Below are positions 50,032 to 64,000 of a stretch of 64,000 nt of DNA, piece by piece. Position 1 is the stretch's first letter, and the number at the start of each line of letters is the position of its first letter. The stretch is from Eledone cirrhosa (Eukaryota), in the NCBI GenBank assembly GCA_964016885.1, contig OZ024763.1, positions 25,358,001-25,422,000 of the forward strand, written 5' to 3'. A program made the position numbers and the translations under genes. The notes under the pieces were generated by a model. It made no database searches and was not told the DNA's origin. It was given only the letters and a program-made list of their open reading frames with translations.

Positions 50032-51605
50032 AATTAAATAAATAAATAAAATTAAAATTAAAATTAAATATAAGTAAATAAATAAATAAATAAATAAATA
50101 AATGAAATTAAATAAGTAAATAAATAGAATTAGATAAAATGAAATGAAATAAAATAAAATAAAATGAAATAAAGTAAATTGAGATAAGATATATATTTTT
50201 TTAGAATATATCTCTTGAATATATCAGGGGCCCACGAAGGCACTAAGTGTCACAGTTATCTGTATCACTTGACCATTTTTTTTTTTAAATATATTTCTTG
50301 AAAATATCAGGGGCCCACGAAGGCACTAAGTGTCACAGTCACCAGTATCACTTGACCATTGCAAGGCAATGGAGGCGTCCCAGGTTGGGCAGTCTCAAAA
50401 GTTCACTCGAAAGTCACGGGTGTGCATTCACACAGTTGAGCGGTGGGGTAATCACAAACCGGTTCACACCCGGGCAGGAGTCCAATGGTCAAACAGAGGT
50501 GCATCGAAGGAAGGTAGGAGAATTCACGTGCAGTAGCAAGCGAGGTGCAGGCGGGTTAGCCAAAGCAAGCAGACACAGTTGGAGCGCATACAAAAGATAT
50601 ATAAAAATACAAAAGATATATAAAAAATAGCTTCAAGAGCCATGAAGTCACCGCATTGGGACATCACAAGATTGTACACATCAATATGTTCAGCACGTAT
50701 ATGTACATATACACACCACATGCATATGCAGAGACGGTATATATATATATATATATATATTTTTATATACAGACATATACAACCACCTACACCCATACAC
50801 ATATAAATGTATACACAGACACACACGCACACACACACAGCGTAGGACACCCGGGTCAAAGCTGATATTAAACAAAGAAATACCACATTAGGCAAGACCC
50901 TCCACCACGGATAATACATTCAAAATAAATACATACGATGAGATGTAGTAAAATAAAGTTGAATTCCTACGGAGATAATCGTGTCCGCACGTGCCATTGC
51001 CCGATTCAAGTGTACACAGACCGTTAGTAACTACGGAGGGCTATCGGGGCCAAAAGGTTACTTTCGGGATCATAACAACGACCGTCAATATACGGAAGGC
51101 CGATCGTGCTAGAAAGACTACAACCCCGGGCAAGAGCTCCCAGAAGTCAGCCTGTAGATCTTAGACCACAGAATATGAGGGCAACACGTACATGCGCCAC
51201 GTATCTACTGCTTACGGCAGGATGGCACAGGTCCGCCCACAGTTACAGGCTAAATTTCTATTAGTGCAGCCTATATCACAGTGCACGCTCTACATAGATA
51301 CATTACATCACAACTCATGCGCATACAGAGGTACAGATCCACAAGATATACGTCAGGATAGACCCACCAATGCACCAATGGTGGGTAGGCAAGCGTGGAT
51401 GGGTTACATCCGCTGTGCCAAACAGGGGTGCTTATTAACATACACACCCACTCACCTGTACACCCCAATATCCAGATCAATATCCTCCCGCAGGCATACG
51501 TATACACTCACCGACTCATATACATAGAAGACCAACAATAGGAGACAGTTACACACAATCAGAGACAGTTACACAAGATAGCCCAACTGGAGAAATAAGG
51601 AAGTG

Positions 51606-54141
51606 CTAGCTAACAGGTTTAAAGTAGAAGAAAGAGCTTAATATTCGGTGGGGGCAAGAGGAAAATATTTCAGACTGTCTATTTAGTAGAGGGCATTTAG
51701 CAAATATAATAGAGTGGGATTCGGCAAGGCATAGGTTACATACTCTATTATGAGGAGTATATGGATGGGATTTAGCAACCTGCCGCCAAGTAAGTGTGTA
51801 ATGTGTTCGTGCATTTTTTAAATTATGGACGTACGCTGCCAAGGAGGTGGAGTTCCTCAGTTTATTATGTCTAAAAGTGCATTGGTGAGAGTTAAACCTG
51901 GTCTTAAAGGGGGTGGAGGTTGATCCTATATAGGTCTTAGTGGACGCCGTAGTTACCACATCACACGCATAAACTATGTTTCTAACAAGGCAGAAACCAT
52001 TCAGGGGGCAGCCTGAAGCCCTTCTACAGTTACAACCTCTGGTGATGCTATTCTCAGAATGATCACCACTTGTGTGTCTGCCCACTCTGTCCACTACCAT
52101 GTTTTCCCCTAGGCTTAGGTTGTCCAGGCCTTCCTTTATTTTCTTATTATTAGTAATGGCCAGATGAGAGGCCAGATTTTGGGTTGTAGAATACGAAAGT
52201 TTAACAACATTCCTATTGAGGATAGAGTGGTACCTATTACCAGGAGGGAAGTTCCTTTCTAACACAGAGAAGAAGGCCCTAGGAATGTTTATAGCCACTT
52301 CAGAATTAAAAGGGGGGTTGAAGTATGTATTCAATCTTCTTCTATTCTTTTTATTCTTTCTATTTCCATCACTATTATTAGCATTATTATTTCTACGGTT
52401 ACTATGCTCACCTAGTCTATGCGGGGAGCTGCGAGGCCTACCATTGCTATTACTTAGACTAATGGTGCCCTGCTGGTTCATTCCACCGGCATTTAGAAAC
52501 CTCCCATTCGCGACACCTCTATTGCTATTACTTAGACTAATGGTGCGCTGCTGCTTCATTCCACCGGCATTTAGAACCCTCCCATTCGCGACACCTCCAT
52601 TACCAATGGACATATTATGTGTTATAACAACACTGGTAGAGTTACTATTAGGACTATTATTTCCCTGGGTGTAATACAATTTGTCCCTAAAGCCGGATCT
52701 AGCTAAGGCATCATTATAGTAATCAGCCTGCGAGTCAAACGCCTCCTCACTATGTGAGAGTGAACTTATTCTGTTAGATACGCCCTTCAGTATACCGCTG
52801 ATGACCGACCTAGGGTGGTTAGAGTTGGTATTCACGTAAGTCAGCAATTCATTAGGCTTATGGTACGGTGTGTACGTATGGTTATCCAAGTCCAATGTAA
52901 CATCCAGGAAGTTCACAGTTCTATCATTTATATCCATAGTAATGGATAGGTTAAATGTTTTTTAAAAAAAACAAACTATGCAGCTTTTTCCTAATGCGCA
53001 CTATATTATACTTACTAGTATCTATGGAGAGTAGGGCGTCATCCCGGTACAACCCGCCCCTAAGGAAAGGGAAGTTACTATGCAGTTCATTGAGGAGGTA
53101 TAGCCCAACTAAGTCGGTGACTTGAGCAGAGTCACTCGACCCCATAGTAATGTCAAAATTATCAGGTGTGTTTTTTCTCGTCCATAGATTATCCTCAAAC
53201 ATGATAATGGTTTTACGTGCAGCGAGAACAATATCTATCTGTGGCCTTGTAATTGCTCCCCTCTGCATGGCTAGGATGAGGGCCTTATTGAGGATAATAG
53301 GAGATATAGATGTATAATAAGCATCAATATCAAATTGGATGAATTTGAGTGAGTCACGACCACAATCCGTAGAGAACCACCTAATGACCTCACTAGTGTT
53401 ACCCCAAAGCTCAAGGAAAGTTTTTTCTCTAACCAGGGGAATAACGCTATCCAAGATTCCCTTACTAATAATCCCCAGGTCAGACTTGGAGGGGCAGATA
53501 AGCCTAACTGAGGGTCTGCTAATAAAATCTTCCTTGTGGTCCTTGAGGCTGAATCTAGGCTGCTTGGGGTAATAAGGCTGAGTGTGTTTATCCAGACCTA
53601 GTTTTACCACTATGTTATACCCCTCCAGATTAATATTATCTAAATTACTCTGCGTTGTTTTTTTGTAGTTCCTATGTAGTTCATTATAAATGAAGCCTCG
53701 ATAGGTTTTATAATCCATACTATATAAGTTTTTAGTTTTGTCAGAGGGGACCAGAATGGATTTATTATCCCTAAAGTCCCTAACGATTGAACTTAGTTTA
53801 CTCTGAAATTTATTGGTACATCTAGATTTTTTATATCTAATATTCCTAACAAGGGATAATAGCTCACTTTCGAAGTTATCCAACAGGCTATTATGCGGGG
53901 GGCTCCTATAGGTCTTAAATCCATAATTATTAAAACTACGCCTCTCTTCAGGGCTATCATACTTCTTATCAAAATGGAACGCACGCCACCGAACACGTTT
54001 TACGAATGAGTTTATGCTAGTTATCAGTGATTTCTCATATGAGATTTTAGGGGGGGGGGGAATATTCTTCAAGGAAATGGGTAAGTATGTCTTTGTTAGC
54101 ATACTGCCTGATAATATACAAGGACACAAATCCATGTACAT
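51606..54141 (-). CDS. PLE polyprotein RT plus GIY-YIG (about 840 aa), single frameshift in a homopolymer near 52965
   Basis: Joined ORFs 52951-54144 and 51606-52937: SLKNIP..KRVRWRAF, KDHKE..VRLICPSKSDLG, FIQFDIDAYY, MGSSDSAQVTDLVG, GLYRDD, CNCRRASGCPL, IVY..YIG, CNLC..CPH; removing 1 nt gives HSLFFKTFNLSITMDIND. Confidence 0.9.
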
Positions 54142-54304
54142 CAAAGTTTAAGCTCAACCAGTGGGAGCCGTATAGTATACTAGGGAGAGGATCAGGGGTG
54201 TATGACACTCCACTTATCCAGCAGGCAGTATAAGGTTAGCTCGATGTCTGAGGACAGAGCCGTGATATAATAAATAACAAAGAACGCCTATAGCATATGC
54301 ATAT

Positions 54305-54362
54305 CTTTACTTGCTAACATTGTTTCATCCGCACTATAAGTGGGACTCATCAGAGCATAAAG
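54305..54362 (-). ncRNA. Type I HHR, family B (upstream pLTR)
   Basis: Identical to 49378-49435. Confidence 0.85.
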
Positions 54363-54909
54363 GTTAATTACATACCATACAAGCAATAACAAATCCAAGA
54401 CATTGAAGAATGAAAAATAATAGAAGATAAAGGATATTAAGGAAGTAAAAGTAAAAATAAGAATAAAAATAAAAATAAAAATAAAAATAAAAAATAAAAA
54501 TAATAAAATAAACAATGAAAAATAAGGGGTGCTATCAGTCACAGTTGGGCGGGGTGCTGTCAACATATAGTTATATACAAGCATACACATGGATAAGAGA
54601 ACAGACAAGAGTAGATAAGATAGATAGGATTAGGTAAGAGTAGGTAAAAAATAGGTGAAAAACAGACTTATAATATATATAAGAAAATATAAAGAAATAT
54701 ATAACAAACTTATATATAAAATATAAAATATACAGATAATAGTGATACAGGGTAAGGAATGAAATAAAATAATATAAAATTAAAATTAAAATTATATAAA
54801 ATAGAACATAATATAATATAATCATAAAATAAGATAAGATAAGGTAAACTAAAATAAAATAAAATAGACTAAAGTAAAATAATATAATATAAGATATAAT
54901 TAAATGTAA

Positions 54910-54945
<36 letters not shown>

Positions 54946-56453
54946 AATTAAATAAATAAATAAAATTAAAATTAAAATTAAATTTAAATAAATAAATAAA
55001 TAAATAAATAAGTAAACAAATAAGTAAATAAATAAATAAATAAATAAATGAAATTAAATAAGTAAATAAATAGAATTAGATAAAATGAAATGAAATAAAA
55101 TAAAATAAAATGAAATAAAGTAAATTGAGATAAGATATATATTTTTTAGAATATATCTCTTGAATATATCAGGGGCCCACGAAGGCACTAAGTGTCACAG
55201 TTATCTGTATCACTTGACCATTTTTTTTAAAAATATATTTCTTGAAAATATCAGGGGCCCACGAAGGCACTAAGTGTCACAGTCACCAGTATCACTTGAC
55301 CATTGCAAGGCAATGGAGGCGTCCCAGGTTGGGCAGTCTCAAAAGTTCACTCGAAAGTCACGGGTGTGCATTCACACAGTTGAGCGGTGGGGTAATCACA
55401 AACCGGTTCACACCCGGGCAGGAGTCCAATGGTCAAACAGAGGTGCATCGAAGGAAGGTAGGAGAATTCACGTGCAGTAGCAAGCGAGGTGCAGGCGGGT
55501 TAGCCAAAGCAAGCAGACACAGTTGGAGCGCATACAAAAGATATATAAAAATACAAAAGATATATAAAAAATAGCTTCAAGAGCCATGAAGTCACCGCAT
55601 TGGGACATCACAAGATTGTACACATCAATATGTTCAGCACGTATATGTACATATACACACCACATGCATATGCAGAGACGGTATACATATATATATATAT
55701 TTTTTTTTATATACAGACATATACAACCACCTACACCCATACACATATAAATGTATACACAGACACACACGCACACACACACAGCGTAGGACACCCGGGT
55801 CAAAGCTGATATTTGTTTACTTATTTATTTATTTATTTATTTATTTAAATTTAATTTTAATTTAATTTTAATTTTAATTTTATTTATTTATTTAATTTTA
55901 TTTATTTATTTATTTATTTATTTAATTACATTTAATTATATCTTATATTATATTATTTTACTTTAGTCTATTTTATTTTATTTTAGTTTACCTTATCTTA
56001 TCTTATTTTATGATTATATTATATTATGTTCTATTTTATATAATTTTAATTTTATATTATTTTACTTCATTCCTTACCCTGTATCACTATTATCTGTATA
56101 TTTTATATTTTATATGTAAGTTTGTTATATATTTCTTTATATTTTCTTATATATATTATAAGTCTGTTTTTCACCTATTTTTTACCTACTCTTACCTAAT
56201 CCTATCTATCTTATCTACTCTTGTCTGTTCTCTTATCCATGTGTATGCTTGTATGCAACTATATGTTGACAGCACCCCGCCCAACTGTGACTGATAACAC
56301 CCCTTATTTTTTATTGTTTATTTTATTATTTTTATTTTTATTTTTATTTTTATTCTTATTTTTACTTTTACTTCCTTAATATCCTTTATCTTCTATTATT
56401 TTTCATTCTTCAATGTCTTGGATTTGTTATTGCTTGTATGGTATGTAATTAAC

Positions 56454-56511
56454 CTTTATGCTCTGATGAGTCCCACTTATAGTGCGGATGAAACAATGTT
56501 AGCAAGTAAAG
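56454..56511 (+). ncRNA. Type I HHR, family B (inverted arm)
   Basis: CTGATGA 56463-56469, GAAA 56490-56493. Confidence 0.85.
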
Positions 56512-56546
56512 ATATGCATATGCTATAGGCGTTCTTTGTTATTTAT

Positions 56547-56549
<3 letters not shown>

Positions 56550-56580
<31 letters not shown>

Positions 56581-56727
56581 ATATATTATATATATATATT
56601 ATATATATATATATTATATATATTATATATATATATATATATATATTAATTATATATATATATATATTATATATATTATATGTATATATATATATATTAT
56701 ATATATATTATATATATATATATATAT

Positions 56728-56758
<31 letters not shown>

Positions 56759-56830
56759 CATATTATATATATATATATATTATATATATATATATATAAT
56801 ATGTACATATATATATATATATTTACATAT

Positions 56831-56861
<31 letters not shown>

Positions 56862-56933
56862 CATATTATATATATATATATATTATATATATATACATAT
56901 AATATGTACATATATATATATATATTTACATAT

Positions 56934-56964
<31 letters not shown>

Positions 56965-57348
56965 CATATTATATATATATATATATTATATATATATATA
57001 TATAATATGTACATATATATATATATATTTACATATTATATATATATATATATGTACATATATATATATATATGTACATATTATATATATATATATATAT
57101 GTACATATTATATATATATATATATGTACATATTATATATATATATATATGTACATATTATATATATATATATATGTACATATTATATATATATATATAT
57201 GTACATATTATATATATATATATAATAGGTACATATATATATATATAATATGTACATATATATATATATATAATATGTACATATATATATATATATATAT
57301 GTACATATTATATATATATATATATGTACATATTATATATATATGTAC

Positions 57349-57410
<62 letters not shown>

Positions 57411-57477
57411 TATTATATATATATATATATGTACATATTATATATATATATAATATGTACAATTTAAATAGAACTTT

Positions 57478-57517
<40 letters not shown>

Positions 57518-57679
57518 GTACATATATATACATATATATATATATATATAATATGTACATATATATATATGTACATATTATATATATATATATGTATATA
57601 TATGTAAATATTATATATATATATATGTATATATATGTACATATTATATATATATATATATGTTTATATATGTACATAT

Positions 57680-57757
<78 letters not shown>

Positions 57758-57784
57758 GTACATATTATATATATATATATATAT
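56550..57784. repeat. (TA)n tract with TGTACA units
   Basis: Direct reading. Confidence 0.95.
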
Positions 57785-57885
57785 GCAAAAGTTCTATTTA
57801 AATTGTTGGGATACAACAAGCAAACATTTTTATAACTGATATAAAGCACTCAACAAGTATTTGGAGTAAACATACGAATGCAACC
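57785..57885 (-). mobile_element. Diverged family A-like 3' tail
   Basis: Revcomp TACTCCAAATACTTGTTGAGTGCTTTATATCAGTTATAAA..CCCAACAATTTAAATAGAACTTT matches 32065-32145. Confidence 0.75.
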
Positions 57886-58343
57886 ATTACTGTTGGAAGC
57901 TCTCGGATAGTGGAGTTGTTTACTTATATTATTATTAGTATTGGATATTTTTATTTTTAAAATAAGTGTGTTGGGTTACAGAGAAAGAAAAGGAAGAAGT
58001 GAGAGAAAAAGAGAGAAAGAAAGAAAAAAAAGAGAAAAGAAAGAGAGATACCAAAACAACAGAGAGAGAAAAATATAGAGATAAAGAGGAGACAGACAGA
58101 AGGGGAGAGAACGAAAACACTAAGTCATATCTTTTTTAGTTAACTTAACAATTGCGATGAAATGAATAAATAAAATTAGAAATGTTAATAATCATGAATG
58201 GAATATACATATATAATATGAGAAATTAATCATTGTTTAAATATGATTAGATGTTTAGTTAATCATTTAAAAATTGAGATCAATATATTAAAAATATATC
58301 CATTCCATATACTGTACCGATTGTGTTGTTATTTCTGTTTACA

Positions 58344-58409
<66 letters not shown>

Positions 58410-61332
58410 GTATGTATTTATAAATACATACAGGCATGTATTTATAAATTTTTACTTATATTTATTCACGAACATATAAGCTCATATCCAAGAATTTCCG
58501 GAGACAAGATTAAATTGAATCCAGTATGTAACTGGTACTTTATTTTATCTGCTCTCAAAACATATAATTCAAAATTAATGTCCATAATATCTGCTCTGAA
58601 AACACAAAGGTGGTCTCATGTTATTTAAAAATTAAAAATTGACGTTTTAATACTTTATTTTGATATACGAAACTCTATGTATGTCGGTGGCTTAGTAGTT
58701 AAGTATGTGATGTAGTTTTGGTGTTATGTAGCGTAAGGTTTTGTCAGGAGTTCAATCTTTCACTGGGATGATATAGAATTGCTTTTAATTATTTTTTTAA
58801 TGGAGGAAACACTACATATACATAGCGCCATTACTTTAACTCACATCATTGTAGTTTCAAATCTTACATATGTACACATCTATGTAGGAATCAGGTTTGA
58901 CAATTTACCGACACATCACAGACCCACACACATGGGAATGAGGTATGACAGATTTGAAGTTATTGAGAAGGATACAAAAACAAGGTAAAAATTAATTTCT
59001 ATTTCCAAGCTTAATTGACGTGGTGGTGTTCATGCCTTCCTCAGTCGAATTAATACTATAAAGGGTTGACATTGATTTTTATTCTTCTGAGGCTTTGATA
59101 AAATAAATCTTGATTTGATATCTCATTTAGCCAGGGTTGATTTGATCCCACAACCAGATGATCTCCACTAACGACCTTCATTGGTCATACCTGATTACTA
59201 AATATATACATGTGAGTGTGTTAGATTTGATACTACAGTGATGTATTGGCAATAATGCCTCTTCAGTTCTGTCATCCCTCAATCTATATATATATATGTG
59301 TGTGTTTGTGTGTTAGATTTGATCTTACAGTGATGTGTTGGCAATAATGCCTCTTCAGTTTGAACGCTATATTCTTTTTTGATGTTTTTAGTTAATAAAA
59401 GTAATTTTACAATCCCAGCTGAAGATTGTTGTTATAATATGTAGTTAGGGTTTCAACCACGACATATCAGTCTCCTGTTAAAAAAATAATTCCCCTGCAA
59501 TTCTTTATTTCACTGCTTCATAAGGGAGAAAAGGGTCTCTGAGAATGTTGATAAGGTTTGACTCGGCTTTCCATTTACCACAGTATATAAGTGGTAGTGT
59601 GTTCCTTACACCAAACATGTGATGTTCACTGTTGTCGAGTACTTGCCTCTCATGGTCAGTTCATTGCCAGTTGGACTCCTGCAGCGATGAAGGAAGGTCG
59701 TGTCATTTTTCCTCTCTCGCATATCATATATATTTTTATTCATTAGATAACAATACACAAGAGAAAGAATTAACGTGAGAAAGTAAATATTTGAAAAGAA
59801 ATATTTTATTACATTAAAATAAAATCAAGAATTAACGATAGAAAATTGGTGTAGAAACGTCAGAGTTTGTAACACTAAACGTGGAATGGACGAAGTAATA
59901 AAACAGACGAATTTGAGATAAGCTGGTGATTATAATAAGGACAATTTATTGCATCTTCAACGCCAGTACTGTCTGCTGAAAACTGAAATGAAAAATTCAT
60001 TGAAAAGAAACACTTACAAAGACAAGTAGCAGTATTTATCGGAATATGTTTCACCATATTTTGAAAAACAAATGTTTGGATAAGAGTTAATGTGCAGGTA
60101 TACTTATACATGGCTTTTGTAAACATACATATATTTATCATATTGGTATGTTGAGTGTTTAAGATACAAGCAGGTTTCCACATCGATATTTTGAGGTTAC
60201 AATGCCCCTATTATTCACTCCACCCAACAAAAAACGGAAATGTGTAAATCTTTAATTTTAAAGTGGATAAGAATGTTAAAGACGAACACAGCAAGTTGGA
60301 CGATAGATATAATAAAACCTTCCTTTATTTAGAGAAACGTGTTATAACTGTAGATAAATAGGTGAAACACCACCGAAAGGAATCAGAAATTATTGAAGGA
60401 AACTAAAGAACATACCAGAAATATTAAGAAATGTCTTGTGAAGATGGAAAACATAGGAATTGTAACTTTAAAAAAAAAGGGGGAGCCATGATAGAAATAT
60501 AAAATATTTCGGGGAGGAGTTAATATGCATATATACATATATACACAGCTATATTTATTCATGGCATGTATATATGTTTTAATTATGTTCGTACATCGAA
60601 TGTACAAAATACAAGAAGGTTTCGGCAAAGACTTGTAAAATAAAGAGGCGCCTCTTATACCCCTCCCCAACGAATTGGGAGTATGTATGAATTTGAATTT
60701 AAAGGTGGCTAACTATGTGAAAGAAAACACAGCAAGTCAGATGATAGGAATAATAAAATATTTCTTAACTTGTGTAAAGTCAGGTAAACTTTAAACTCTA
60801 GATAAATGAAATGAGAGATACCACTTAAAATATTGTTTTGGACAGAAGATATTGAAGGAATCCAGACAAGAAAAAATATAAAAGACCAGAATAATTAAGA
60901 AATCCCAACACTAGAGGAGTGAAAGCTAAGGGAAGCCATGAAATATTACATTATTCCAGATAAATGTAAAGCCTTGAAAATATAAATACTAGTACACTAC
61001 TCTAATGTAAACACTGTAGGAAATACAATTATAGAGGAAATAAGTCAAACTGAAGAGATATATATATATTTAAAATAATGAAAGTACAGTATTCCAAAAG
61101 GAAACATAACCGTGAGGAGGGATCACCATTTTACTGCGTATAAAAATACTCGGAAGACACTAGAAAATATTTTTTCTGAAACATTTATCAATAAACGGAA
61201 GAATTCTTCAAGATATGTACTAGTACACGAAAGAAATGTTTAAAAAGATGGACTTGAAAATATGACAATACAGTATTACAGAAGAAAATGTAAATGAGAG
61301 GAGGAACACGCCATTATACTGCTTATAAGAGA

Positions 61333-61437
61333 TAATTGTTTCTACTTTTGGCACAAGACCAGCAATTACCCCAGTGCATTACTGGTACTTTAGTTTATCG
61401 AGCCCGTAAGGATGAAAGGCAAAGTTAACCTCGGCCT
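61333..61437 (-). mobile_element. Second SINE-like family, 3' half
   Basis: Near identical to 7993-8095. Confidence 0.7.
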
Positions 61438-63292
61438 AAAGACATCAGATAATGTCAACAAAATCGTAATGTACAACATCGAAAATATCTAAGCGGAATA
61501 TTTATGAGAAATCAAATCGGAGTTCAATAAATTCAAGTTATGAAATTTTAATTACATCATGAAAATATTGAAGTTCAGACATTAAATTGTGACAATGATT
61601 GACACCTTCGAGTGACTTTTTTTCAAATTTCACCGCAGTCGCCATTAACAGACAATACTAAGAAAAAACAAACAAAACACATACGCCGCAGTTAATGCAG
61701 TAAAAATATACAAAAATAAAATACTCATTTCGTAAATTTATTTTTTTTCTTCCTTTTTTCATTGCAAAAATATCTAAAGACTTGTTGAATAAAAAAATCC
61801 TTTTCCATTATCAAAATATATTTCTGATTAATCTCTCTCTCTCTGCGCGTAGTTTAAAAGTTATGGTATTCGGTTCATAATCGTCTGTTATCTTGAGCAA
61901 GACACTTCATTTCCCATCGTTCAATCAAAGCTGGCAAAAACGTGTAAGTCGCAGAGTCGGCCATTTCTTTGTTTCAAACAATCTCCCTGAGAACTACGGT
62001 AAGGGTAAACATTTCTGTAGAATGCTTAATCACTTTCACGAACAGGTTGTTCTGTTGATCGAGTCAACTGGAACACTCACCGTCGTAACTGACGGAATAC
62101 CATATTATATATATATATATATATTCAGGCAAAAGCCCAGAAATTTAAGTGAAGCCAATCGATTTAATTGATTATATTATTTGACTGGTATTGTTTTATC
62201 TGCTCCAAAAATAAAAATTGAAAATTAATCTCGCCAGGATTTACATCGAGAATACAAAGAGGTGAGGTTAGAAATAATAAATAGAAATTTTAATACTTCA
62301 TAGTTGAGATTGTAAGGTGGTGTCAGGAGTTCAATCTTTAGTCAGGAATATAGAGTTGACTTTAATTATTTTAATGAACAAAAACAAACATATACATAGT
62401 TTCATCTAGTTGATGTTACATGACATTTCTGTAAAGCACATCATTATAGGTTCAAATATTGTACATTTACATATAGTATTTATCTATATAGGGATCAGGT
62501 TTGACAAATAAATACGTCGCACTAGGCTGGAATCGATAACACACACAGGTATGACAGATTAGAGGTTATCGAGCAGTATTGTCAACGGTGTTAATGTAGG
62601 TTCAAATCAACTCTAGAGCGATGATAAACAAAATCCAGATTTACTTTACTAAAACCGCAGAGTGAGGAAAGACAAGGTCGACCCTTTCTAGTAGCAATAA
62701 CACTGGGAGGAATGAAGCTCTGAGAATGTTGAAGGGGACAGAGGAGTGCATCCTGGTTTGGTACGTATTCCCAGTTAACGCGGTATATAAATAGCAGTCT
62801 CTTGTGACTTAACACGTGATGTTCACCGTTGCCGTGTAGTTACCGCTCCTGCTAAACACTCTGACAGCTTCCTATAACGTCGAAAGAAGATCGTGGTTTT
62901 TCTCTCTTATCACATACACTTTTATATCTATTAGATAACAACATACAAAAGAAAGAAGCGAAATGAAAATGTCAGTGTTTAAAAAGTCCCATCTATTTCA
63001 TTAGAGCTAATGTTGTAGTAACGTTTGGAAATGTTGTAGAAACGTCAGAGTTTGTGACGGGATACGTCGAATGGAGGAAACAACAATACGAATCATTTGG
63101 AGACAAACTGATTTATTTCAGAAGAAGGACAATTAACATTTTCAACGGTATAATACAATATACTGAAAATCGAAATGAGAAATTTATTGATTTGGAAATA
63201 TTACAGATACTTTACATATTTTTCGGAATATAAATCTCATTTTATTTTAAAGAAAAACTGTTTTGAGGGAAGAGTTAATATGTAGCTATAAT

Positions 63293-63360
63293 TACGAGTG
63301 TCTACTGAAAAGTTCATAGTCTGACCAAGATACTCTCATGGAATGACCTCATGAGGTGTA
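63293..63360 (+). mobile_element. Possible mariner-type TIR remnant
   Basis: TACGAGTGTCTACTGAAAAGTTCATAG resembles mariner termini; part repeated at 63462-63490; no partner TIR found. Confidence 0.35.
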
Positions 63361-64000
63361 TAATACAACATAGACCCTGGAAAGAAACACGTAGTTATTA
63401 ATATGAAGAGCTGCAATTAATGCTTGTAAGATTTCACAACTCTAGCATCACTCCTTCACAGGCTGACAAAGATACTCTCATGGAATGACCAAATGAGGTT
63501 TATAATTACCTTCACTATATAGAACGCAAGCAAGTTTTTATATCGAATTATGATGTTAAAATGTCTTTTATTTCCCTCCCCCAAGAATTGGGAATATATA
63601 TACATTTAAATTTAATGGTGGTTAAGCGTGTTAAAGAAAACACAGCAGATAGATATACCTCCTTTGCCTAGCTAAATAAATGGTGCGATACCACTTCGAA
63701 TATTGTTTGGGCGTTTGGTCACCCGACCTCCAAAATAACAGAATCTATTGAAGGAATCCAGAGAAACATGAAAAACCAAAACTCTTAAGAAATCTTTGTT
63801 TCGAAAGATGTAAAACCTAGGAATTGCTATTCTTGGGGAGATAAAGCTAAGAATATTCTTGGGGAGATAAAGCTATGAATATGCCTACACTATTCTAGAT
63901 AAATGCAAAGTCTTGAAAATATAAATCCAGGTAAAATTCCGTTATAACGAATACGATTATAACGAATTTTTTTTTTACAATCCCCGAGGTAATAACAAAC

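Larger units (their letters stand above)
49251..56549 (-). mobile_element. Family B full-length Naiad-type PLE: 3' pLTR, ORF, upstream pLTR and inverted arm
   Basis: Direct repeat 49251-50869 / 54178-55813 (period 4927 at the HHR); inverted arm 55810-56549; three HHRs. Confidence 0.92.
58500..63925. repeat. Old diverged tandem duplication (about 58500-60990 vs 62150-63925)
   Basis: Collinear shared words: TGTCAGGAGTTCAATCTTT 58742/62321, ATCAGGTTTGACAA 58890/62494, CTCTGAGAATGTTGA 59537/62718, TGTAGAAACGTCAGAGTTTGT 59850/63035. Confidence 0.8.

Noticed and set aside
50298-50630. 110-aa ORF repeated at 55242-55574
   Set aside because: Antisense in the family B pLTR, TTG start, no recognisable motif; repeated only because the pLTR is
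51606-54141. Selenoprotein-type Naiad (in-frame UGA at Cys sites)
   Set aside because: Conserved Cys positions in families A, B and the visible part of C are ordinary Cys codons; ORF breaks are frameshifts
63925-64000. Tigger/pogo-like TIR (CCGTTATAACGAA repeats)
   Set aside because: Cut by the window edge; partner TIR cannot be seen

Overview
AT-rich eukaryotic, non-genic DNA, probably from an octopod cephalopod (inferred from the SINE types and huge (TA)n tracts; not verified by search). No host protein-coding gene is recognisable; the only convincing host gene is tRNA-Thr(UGU) at 3633-3705. From about 14 kb to 58 kb the window is essentially one compound (TA)n microsatellite filled with insertions. 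These include three families of Naiad-type Penelope-like retroelements (RT plus C-terminal GIY-YIG), one of them full length and nearly intact (49251-56549), and at least six short non-coding families. About 15 recognisable type I hammerhead ribozyme (HHR) cores are present, plus several decayed ones. There are also RTE-clade LINE pieces and tRNA-derived SINEs. Main observation: seven families with otherwise unalignable ends share a small covarying 3' stem-loop, RCTC..N8-32..GAGY. In all nine copies with a fold-back (inverted) 5' arm, that arm stops 4-6 nt before this motif. Short fold-backs are centred on the HHR, and where checkable 3' ends fall on internal TA-rich words that can pair with the (TA)n target. 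Also present: a 53/55-bp satellite with a 540-bp higher-order duplication, a 200-N gap flanked by a probable false duplication, and an old ~3.3-3.7 kb tandem duplication at the right end. Family letters A-I are my own labels.
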